64,000 nucleotides of DNA, taken from NCBI GenBank assembly GCA_964386635.1, contig CAYLRO010000004.1, forward strand, positions 28,128 through 92,127. Direction: 5' to 3'. A program made the translations under genes and the position numbers. This DNA is from an uncultured bacterium. GTDB taxonomy: Bacteria > Fermentibacterota > Fermentibacteria > Fermentibacterales > JCC-6. The notes under the pieces are model-generated. The model searched no databases and had not been told where the DNA came from. It saw only the letters and a program-made list of their open reading frames with translations. Of the stretch, positions 56,949 through 64,000 are shown one piece after another (the first letter of the stretch is position 1; each line of letters begins with the position of its first letter).

Positions 56949-58688
56949 TTACCCTATGGTTATCCTGGCTTCAGGGTAGCTGTACCTTGATGTACGCACC
57001 CTTATTGTAGCAGCCGCAAGGGTTGCCGGGGCTGTTCGTCCAATGAACATGGTTATGATTATCACCCATCTTCCAGCGGTGGAAAGAATCTGTGTAACCC
57101 CTGTAGATAGTCCCACCGTACCGAAAGCGCTCATTGATTCGAAAATATAATCCATCTCATTGTAGTCTCCTGCGCAGTTTTCCGTGGATACCAGCAGGAT
57201 GCTGCTGACTCCGAAGGTCGCCATACCCACAAGGAGCACCGCACCGGCCCGCTGAAGGTCGAAATTCGGTATCCGCCTGTTCCATATCTCCGGATTTTTT
57301 CGCTTTTGAATCAGTGACCGGAGAGAAAGGAAGAGAAGGCCGATGGTTGTAGTTTTTACTCCTCCGCCTGTACCTCCAGGTGATGCTCCTATGAACATCA
57401 GTATTACGAAAAACCACTTAACCGGTGGAAGAAGGGCTGCAGTGGAAACAGTATTGAATCCTGCTGTTCTCGGGGAAACTCCTTCAAGGAAACTGTTTCC
57501 GATTTTTTCCCATACAGTCATCCCCTCCAGTGTATTGCTCCATTCGAAAACAAGAAAGAATACCCAGCCTGCAACTATCAGGATGGCTGTTATAAGAATA
57601 ACGAACCTGGCCTGAACAGGAAGGGATTTCTTCCTTCCTGTTTTCATTCTTGTAATCCAGTTCTGGCCAAGTACGGTGAGAAGCATGAAACCCAGGCCTC
57701 CCAGCACGATAAGCATTCCGATTATCAGACTTGTTGCAGGAGATGAGGAAAACCCTTCCAGGTTACTGCTGTTCAGACTGAAACCAGCATTGCAGAAGGC
57801 ACTTACACTGTGGAAGATCGCCTGCCAGACCGTTTCTCCTGTTGACCACCCCAGGTTTTCCATCCCTGCCCATGTGTTGTAAAGCAGGAGTGCTCCAATT
57901 GTTTCTATGGTCAGGGTCCATATCAGGATGGAAATAAGTATGTGTTTTATGTCGTTGGCAAACTCACTGTCCATTATTCTTGTGATGTTCATAGTGTTGG
58001 TTACACCCAGGTTCTGTCCCAGTGAAAGGGCGAAGAAGGCAGCAAAGGTCATGAGCCCCAGACCCCCTACCTGAACGAGAACAAGAATCACAAGCTGTCC
58101 GATGAATGTGAAATCATACTCTGTATCCCTGACAACAAGTCCGGTTACACATGTAGCGCTTGTTGCTGTAAAAACAGCATCAACAGGACTGATTCCGGAT
58201 GTGGTTGCTCTTGGAGACAAAAGGAGACCGGAGCCGATAAGGATCACCATGAGAAAACTGGCAGGAAGCAGAAGAGCAGGTGAGGATCTGCCGGTCAGGT
58301 TGATAAGGAAAGCGAAAATGGCTATGAGAGCCATGGCACCCAGATATCCGTTAACTGCCCAGGCCAGAGTCCATCTCTGAATTTCTCCCGAATTGTCTCC
58401 GTCAGCTATGGCTAAAACCACAGAAGCTGTGAAGAACAGGCTGAGTATCATCTGCCATGGTCTGCGTTTGATGTCACTTCTTGACCGTGTAATCAGGAAC
58501 ACCGATATGAGAACAGATGCTGCCATGACAAAAAGAGTTCCCTGAACAACGGTCAGAATCAGATGATTGGTAATCCCTGAAAAGTATCTGAGAATCACAA
58601 GAGTGAGGATAACAAAGGCACTGTGAATGCTCAGTGTCTTTTCAAAAAAGTCTTTCAAGGCTTTTCCTCTCTCTGTTATTTCAACCAT
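56949..58688 (-). CDS. ktrB: K+ uptake membrane subunit TrkH/KtrB
   Basis: Four pore motifs: SATCVTGL, SAFCNAGF, PRTAGF, SAFGTVGLS; GASPGGTGGGVKTTT. Confidence 0.92.
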   Translation of the reverse strand: MVEITERGKALKDFFEKTLSIHSAFVILTLVILRYFSGITNHLILTVVQGTLFVMAASVLISVFLITRSRSDIKRRPWQMILSLFFTASVVLAIADGDNSGEIQRWTLAWAVNGYLGAMALIAIFAFLINLTGRSSPALLLPASFLMVILIGSGLLLSPRATTSGISPVDAVFTATSATCVTGLVVRDTEYDFTFIGQLVILVLVQVGGLGLMTFAAFFALSLGQNLGVTNTMNITRIMDSEFANDIKHILISILIWTLTIETIGALLLYNTWAGMENLGWSTGETVWQAIFHSVSAFCNAGFSLNSSNLEGFSSSPATSLIIGMLIVLGGLGFMLLTVLGQNWITRMKTGRKKSLPVQARFVILITAILIVAGWVFFLVFEWSNTLEGMTVWEKIGNSFLEGVSPRTAGFNTVSTAALLPPVKWFFVILMFIGASPGGTGGGVKTTTIGLLFLSLRSLIQKRKNPEIWNRRIPNFDLQRAGAVLLVGMATFGVSSILLVSTENCAGDYNEMDYIFESMSAFGTVGLSTGVTQILSTAGRWVIIITMFIGRTAPATLAAATIRVRTSRYSYPEARITIG

Positions 58689-58746
58689 ATTTACAGTGTA
58701 CGGATTTTCTGCTACAGCTCAAATAATAACAAAAAGGAGACAGTGA

Positions 58747-60009
58747 ATGGACACCTCACTTTACCGTCGGTTTCTTCAGCTTAGACCACTGAATGTACAG
58801 AAGGCTCTTCCAGGCAGCAGGTGTGCTCTTGTAAGCGGGCGTGACATTGCTCTTGTGGCAGAGGAAAACCATGCAATTGTCATGGCCTGCAACATAAGAA
58901 ATCCCCTGAGTGCATTCGGTATTCTGAAAGCAGCAAAGAAAGCAGACAGCTTTGTTCTGCTGGAGCTGGCTAAATCAGAAGCAGGTTATACCGGTGTCAC
59001 ATATGAAAACCTTCCGGGACTCGCCATGCACTATTCAAGCATTCTTGGTGACGGGGTTGTTTACTCTCTGCATATGGACCACTTCGCCATAAAATCCCAT
59101 TCTGATCTTATGGAGGCAATCAGGATTGTCCCTGGAGCCATTTCGCAGGGATGGACCTCTGTTGCTGTGGATGCTTCCCACAACCATGACTGGGAAAATC
59201 TCATGTTCACCAGGGATCTTGCCATGCACATCCCGCCCTATATCGGTCTTGAAACAGAAGTTGGAGAGATAAAGGGTGCTGGTGTTCTAACCACTGTTGA
59301 AGAGGCGGAGTACTACATAGGAGGTTTGAATTCCTGGGGCATCTTCCCTGATTACCTTGCAATCAGCAATGGTTCAAAGCACGGTACTTACGACACCTCT
59401 GCAGGTGAAGATGAAGGAATTGATCTTGGAAGAACACGGGAGATCGCCAGTGCCATCTCAAAGTATGGAGTAAGCATAGCTCAGCACGGAATAAGCGGCA
59501 CACCTCTGGACAAGGTGGGCCATTTCAGGGAATACGGGATCAATAAGGGCAATGTAGGCACACTCTGGCAGAACATTCTTTTCGGTCTTGAGATGGACCC
59601 GGAAAGCGGGAATGCAGTGATGGACGGCGGAAGCTACGTGAAAAGACCGGACATGGGAATTCCTGAAGAGATGTGGAACAGAATGAATGAAGCCGCTGAT
59701 GAAAAAGGATGGCCCAGAAATTCCGGTAATTACAAAAAGCTGAATCTTCCGTTTCACAGTGAGATAATGGCTCTTCCCGCGGAGTACAGAGAGAGGATTA
59801 TTCAGGAAACTGAAAAGTGGGCCCTCCGGTTCTTTGAAGCTTTCGGGTCCACAGGTCTGGGATCTAAAGTTATCAGTTCAATTGCAGACCGGGGAGACTG
59901 GAACTCCTCACCGGATAGAAGGATAGTAGCCGAAAGGGGTCATGCCACAGCTGCCAGTGCCCCTGACTGCGGCGAAGTTCTCAAAGACGGAGGAGACTAC
60001 TCTGACTGA
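58747..60009 (+). CDS. fba: Class II fructose-bisphosphate aldolase
   Basis: LHMDH, VAVDASH, ETEVGEI, LAISNGSKHG.Y, AQHGISG, KGNVGT. Confidence 0.85.
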   Translation: MDTSLYRRFLQLRPLNVQKALPGSRCALVSGRDIALVAEENHAIVMACNIRNPLSAFGILKAAKKADSFVLLELAKSEAGYTGVTYENLPGLAMHYSSILGDGVVYSLHMDHFAIKSHSDLMEAIRIVPGAISQGWTSVAVDASHNHDWENLMFTRDLAMHIPPYIGLETEVGEIKGAGVLTTVEEAEYYIGGLNSWGIFPDYLAISNGSKHGTYDTSAGEDEGIDLGRTREIASAISKYGVSIAQHGISGTPLDKVGHFREYGINKGNVGTLWQNILFGLEMDPESGNAVMDGGSYVKRPDMGIPEEMWNRMNEAADEKGWPRNSGNYKKLNLPFHSEIMALPAEYRERIIQETEKWALRFFEAFGSTGLGSKVISSIADRGDWNSSPDRRIVAERGHATAASAPDCGEVLKDGGDYSD

Positions 60010-61273
60010 TATCCGTGAAGTGCTTTACGGTGTTCGGATAATAGATCCGATTTCAAGAACCGACCTTGTTTGTGATCTTACCATGGAGAACGGGCTGATA
60101 GTTTCCATCGTACCGTCCATGGGTGCTCCTTCAGGCCTCTGGCTTCTTCCGGGGCTTGTTGACATGCATGTACACCTCAGGGTGCCGGGAGGAGAGGATT
60201 CAGAAACTCTTGAGAGCGGTCTTCGTGCAGCAATTGCAGGAGGTGTAACACATGTGGGAATGATGCCCAACACCACACCTCCAGTCGATTCACCGGCTGC
60301 TGCACTGGAAATTGCCTCACAGGGGAACCGTTTGAATCTTGCTGAAATTCATCCTGTTCCATGTGTTACTGTTGGACGGGCAGGGCTTCAGTGTACTGAT
60401 CTTGAGGCATTTGCCGCCATGGGAATAAAGGCCTTTACAGATGACGGCAGCCCTGTCAGATCGGACAGGGTGCTTTCAGAAACATTCGCCAGGCTTTCTC
60501 CAGTGGGAGGTGTGGTGATCGAACATCCAGAAATAGAGGATCTTGCCTCCGGTGGAGCTGTTAATCTGGGGAGGGCCTCAGAGGTCACCGGAGCAAAGGG
60601 AATCCCGGAAGAGGCTGAGTATCTTGATGTGAAAAGATGTATAAATCTGCTTAGGAGATCAGGAACATCCAGCCGCCTCCACCTGACCCATCTTTCGTCT
60701 CCTGAAAGTGTGCGGCTGGTTCATCAGGCATCCGAGGAAGGTCTTCACGTTACATGCGATATCACTCCCCACCACATGTCTCTGGATGAGAACGATCTGA
60801 TTACCCTGGGTTCAATTGCCAAAATGAACCCTCCTCTCAGATCACCTGACAGCAGGAACTCTCTGGTGGCACTTGCTTCGAAAGGACAGGTGGATGTTGT
60901 CGCAAGCGACCATGCACCTCACAGAGCGGAATCAAAAAATCTTCCAGTACAGGATGCAGCCTTCGGCATTACAGGTCTGGAGACTCTCCTTCCCATCACT
61001 GTTGATGTTCTGGTAAACAGCGCCGGTATGGCTCCACTGGAAGTAGTCCGCATGTTATCATCCGCTCCGGCTGATGTACTGGGGTTGAAACTCTCTGGAA
61101 TCAAAGTGGGTGTGCCGCCTGAGATGGTCCTTTTCGACCCTGACAGAAAATGGACGTATGAAAGCACATTCTCCATGTCAGCCAATTCTCCCTATCTCGG
61201 CAGGGAAATCCGGGGAAGGGTTGTAAGAGTGTGGGCAGGAAAAGAATTGTACAGGGACGGTGAATTTGTTTAA
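60002..61273 (+). CDS. pyrC: Dihydroorotase (type I)
   Basis: PGLVDMHVHLRVPG, MMPNT, FTDDG, HLTHLSS, TPHH, KMNPPLR, ASDHAPH, GLET. Start inferred at CTG 60002 (alternative GTG 60020). Confidence 0.92.
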   Translation: MTDIREVLYGVRIIDPISRTDLVCDLTMENGLIVSIVPSMGAPSGLWLLPGLVDMHVHLRVPGGEDSETLESGLRAAIAGGVTHVGMMPNTTPPVDSPAAALEIASQGNRLNLAEIHPVPCVTVGRAGLQCTDLEAFAAMGIKAFTDDGSPVRSDRVLSETFARLSPVGGVVIEHPEIEDLASGGAVNLGRASEVTGAKGIPEEAEYLDVKRCINLLRRSGTSSRLHLTHLSSPESVRLVHQASEEGLHVTCDITPHHMSLDENDLITLGSIAKMNPPLRSPDSRNSLVALASKGQVDVVASDHAPHRAESKNLPVQDAAFGITGLETLLPITVDVLVNSAGMAPLEVVRMLSSAPADVLGLKLSGIKVGVPPEMVLFDPDRKWTYESTFSMSANSPYLGREIRGRVVRVWAGKELYRDGEFV

Positions 61274-62942
61274 ACCAATACTGATAGCGCTTATTCTCCT
61301 CTCAGTCGCCGGATGTGCCTACTACAACACTTTCTACAACGCGAGAGAAAGCTACCAGGAGGCTCTTGAGTACGCCAGGGAGAACCCTGATGATCCTGCG
61401 CACCACGAGAAAGACCTTCTGGATGCAGCTGTGGAAGGAGCTGGAAGAGTTCTGGTGAAGTATCCGGAAAGCAGGTGGATAGATGATGCTCAGCTTCTGC
61501 TGGGTGATGCCCTGCTTCTCAGAGGGAAAAGAACTCTTGTGGGGAGTGGAACAAGTGATTTCCAGCAGGCAATGATGTCCTATTCATCAGTTCTTGTAAT
61601 GACAGGCAGTGAGGAGCTTGCAGACAGAGCCAGGCTTGGACTGGGAAAAGCAGCAATGGAGCTTGAAAGATTTAATGATGCAGCTGCTGCACTGATGCAG
61701 GTCTCACCGGAAAACACAAGAAGGCATGTATTGAGCAGGCTGCTTCTCTGCCAGGCTTACATTAATTCCGGACAGCCATCAATGGCTGCTGCAGTGCACG
61801 ATACCCTTGTACCTGGCGGCGGTGACAGTCTGGAAGCAGAGTACTACATCACAGGGGGCTTGATCCTGACCAGTCTTGGAATGCCGGACAGCGGTGCTGT
61901 TGTCTGCCTCAGGGCTACAGAGATCGAGAGCAGGGGAAATGTTTACTATCGGGCGCTGGTCACAGCGGCTGAGTGCTACATTGATGCAGGAATGCCGGAG
62001 AAGGCATCAATGGAATTGAACCGTTTGCTTCAGGGCTACAGGTCCAACAGAGAAATGGCTGATATTTCACTTCTCAAGGGAAGAGCAGATGAGCTTGCCG
62101 GTGACACAACTGCTGCGCTGACTGCCTACCTTGACGCTGCTGAACTGGATTCCTACCGTGAAACCGGAGCAGAAGCACTGTACAGAAGAGCAATACTCCT
62201 TGAGCACTCCGGGAGATATGACGAAGCTGTTCAGACTCTTCTTGACTGCTCCTCCAGGTCGGGAGACTTCATGTGGCTGAGAATCGCAGGAAACCGGCAC
62301 AGAGACCTTGAGCTTTTCATAGCCTACTCTGACAGCGCCGGTTCAACTTCCGGAGACAGAGAGCTTCAATACAGGCTTCTGGCTGCTGAGAAGCGCATGG
62401 ATCTTTACGGAGCAGACAGTGAAACTCTTGCGGAGTTTCAGCAGCTTGCCAATTCAGATCATCCACTGTTCTCCTCAATGGCAGAGGTGGTTCTTTGTGA
62501 GAATGGCGGTATTCCCCAGGACTCAATTATTACAGTTCTTACAGGTATTGTTCAGAGCATTCCAGGCAGTGATCTTGCGGGAAAGATCGAGAATCAGCTG
62601 AATCTCGTTCCTCACCGGCTTGCAGATTCAAGACCTTCAGCGGTACTTGAAGAGGTATGGAATCTCCTAGAGCAGGAAATGTGGGATGATGCCTGGAATA
62701 CTGCAGACTCTCTCCTGGGTTCACCATTCAGCTATGAAGTGAGAGCTGAAGCGCTCTGGGCAGCCTACATGGCTTCTGAAGGTGCAAGAATGGATGGCGG
62801 CACAGTTGACAGCTACCTTGAGGAATTGACTGAAGAGTATCCTGACACTCCTCAGGGCATTCAGGCTGCATTAAGAAGAGCTCAGGGCCTTGAAGAAGAC
62901 GAAGAAGGCGAAGAAGGCGAAGAAGGCGGAGGAGATGAATAG
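61260..62942 (+). CDS. TPR-repeat lipoprotein (BamD-like N-terminus; possibly SprE/PorW-like)
   Basis: Lipobox VAGC followed by AYYNTFYNA; YPESRWIDDAQLLLG; multiple TPRs; acidic tail. Confidence 0.75.
   Translation: MNLFKPILIALILLSVAGCAYYNTFYNARESYQEALEYARENPDDPAHHEKDLLDAAVEGAGRVLVKYPESRWIDDAQLLLGDALLLRGKRTLVGSGTSDFQQAMMSYSSVLVMTGSEELADRARLGLGKAAMELERFNDAAAALMQVSPENTRRHVLSRLLLCQAYINSGQPSMAAAVHDTLVPGGGDSLEAEYYITGGLILTSLGMPDSGAVVCLRATEIESRGNVYYRALVTAAECYIDAGMPEKASMELNRLLQGYRSNREMADISLLKGRADELAGDTTAALTAYLDAAELDSYRETGAEALYRRAILLEHSGRYDEAVQTLLDCSSRSGDFMWLRIAGNRHRDLELFIAYSDSAGSTSGDRELQYRLLAAEKRMDLYGADSETLAEFQQLANSDHPLFSSMAEVVLCENGGIPQDSIITVLTGIVQSIPGSDLAGKIENQLNLVPHRLADSRPSAVLEEVWNLLEQEMWDDAWNTADSLLGSPFSYEVRAEALWAAYMASEGARMDGGTVDSYLEELTEEYPDTPQGIQAALRRAQGLEEDEEGEEGEEGGGDE
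62892..62927 (+). repeat. In-frame 9-bp tandem repeat (GAAGAAG(A/G)C x4 = EED/EEG)
   Basis: gaagaagac gaagaaggc gaagaaggc gaagaaggc read directly. Confidence 0.9.
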
Positions 62943-63716
62943 ATGGCGAAGGCTGTTGATGTTCTTTGCACAGTGATTGAGAATGAAGAGATTCTTCCAG
63001 GGGTGCACAGAACTGTGTTCAGGTCTTCCGAGATTGCTTCAGCAGCTGAACCGGGGATGTTCATCCAGATTGAAGTATCCGGGGATGTTTTCCCGGTAAC
63101 CCGGAGACCTTTTACGGTAAACCGCCTTGCAGGAAGCGATTTTGAAGTGATATTTGACGTGGTGGGCCGTGGAACTGAAATGCTTTCCGTTCTTGAACCA
63201 GGTGCTTCTGCAAGGGTACTGGGACCACTTGGCAACGGATGGCGGATCGAGAAAGGTTCTTCCTGGCTTCTTATTGGAGGCGGCCTGGGAGCTGCCGGAT
63301 TTGATTTCCTTCTTCATCGTGTTCGCTGCAGCGGTGTTCTCATAGGAGCATCATCAAAGGACAGGGTTCTCCCTTTGAAACCGGACTGCCGGTATGTCAT
63401 TGCAACTGAAGACGGGTCTGCCGGTACCACAGGTCTTGTAACGGATATTCTCCAGCAGGATCTTTTCTCCCAGGCGGATGTCATAGCTGTATGCGGACCT
63501 GTGGCAATGATGGAAGCTGTTTGGAATCTTGTTCCCGAAAGTGACAGGAGCAAAGTTCAGATATCCACTGAAAGCAGAATGGGTTGCGGATGGGGAGTTT
63601 GTGACGGATGTTCCATCCCGGTTGCAGGCGGTGGATACCGTAAATGCTGTACAGAAGGACCTGTTTTTCCAGGCACTGATATAGACTGGAAACGGTGGAA
63701 GGAGGCTGGATTGTGA
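62943..63716 (+). CDS. pyrK: Dihydroorotate dehydrogenase B electron-transfer subunit
   Basis: RRPFT, GPLGNG, GGGLG, CGP..MM, ESRMGCGWGVCDGC, CCTEGPVF. Confidence 0.93.
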   Translation: MAKAVDVLCTVIENEEILPGVHRTVFRSSEIASAAEPGMFIQIEVSGDVFPVTRRPFTVNRLAGSDFEVIFDVVGRGTEMLSVLEPGASARVLGPLGNGWRIEKGSSWLLIGGGLGAAGFDFLLHRVRCSGVLIGASSKDRVLPLKPDCRYVIATEDGSAGTTGLVTDILQQDLFSQADVIAVCGPVAMMEAVWNLVPESDRSKVQISTESRMGCGWGVCDGCSIPVAGGGYRKCCTEGPVFPGTDIDWKRWKEAGL

Positions 63717-64000
63717 ATGCTTCTTCTTTGAACCGTCATCTCTGGGGTCAGGAGTTCCAGTCGCCGATAATGCTTGCCTCGGGAACTGCAGGATTCGGAA
63801 AAGAACTGTCTGCCATGAGCAGCCTTTCCGGAGCAGGAGCCGTTGTATCAAAGGCTGTAACTTATGAACCCAGAGCCGGTAACCCCCCTCCCAGGATTCT
63901 GGAAACCCGTTACGGGCTGTTGAATTCAATTGGTCTGGCTAATCCTGGAGTGTTTCATGTTTTAAACGAGATACTTCCATCTGTTGCGGATCTGACCTGT
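63713..64000 (+). CDS. pyrD: Dihydroorotate dehydrogenase 1B catalytic subunit (5' part, runs off window; not in ORF track)
   Basis: GTG at 63713 overlapping the pyrK stop: ...SPIMLASGTAGFG...GAVVSKAVT..PRAGNPPPRILET..GLLNSIGLANPG. Confidence 0.93.
   Translation, partial: MNASSLNRHLWGQEFQSPIMLASGTAGFGKELSAMSSLSGAGAVVSKAVTYEPRAGNPPPRILETRYGLLNSIGLANPGVFHVLNEILPSVADLTC

Overview
This is a very gene-dense bacterial chromosomal window with about 55 CDS. I found no rRNA, tRNA, CRISPR, prophage or IS element. Six secreted proteins end in Por/T9SS-type C-terminal sorting domains, and secreted proteins carry many D(S/T)x motifs. This points to the FCB superphylum; my impression is an uncultured lineage such as Fermentibacterota, which I have not verified. 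Housekeeping genes include ftcD, tkt, thyX, groESL, hutH, pdxST, alr, lepB, radC, ktrAB, class II fba and pyrC-pyrK-pyrD. The stand-out feature is a translationally coupled 7-gene operon at 14307-24025. It encodes an outer-membrane barrel, a 1476-aa TPR protein, a GltF-like protein, one TolQ-like plus two TolR-like motor subunits, and a GltG/PglI-like TonB analogue, and it looks like a compact Agl-Glt (myxobacterial gliding-motor-type) core. It is divergently paired with an integrin-alpha-like FG-GAP plus 5x Ig-repeat surface protein. Other notable points are a cytoplasmic O-GlcNAcase-like GH84 coupled to a tandem-domain ThyX, four putative leaderless genes, two putative CTG starts, and several unusual secreted enzyme fusions. 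All family assignments come from motif recognition by eye, not database searches.
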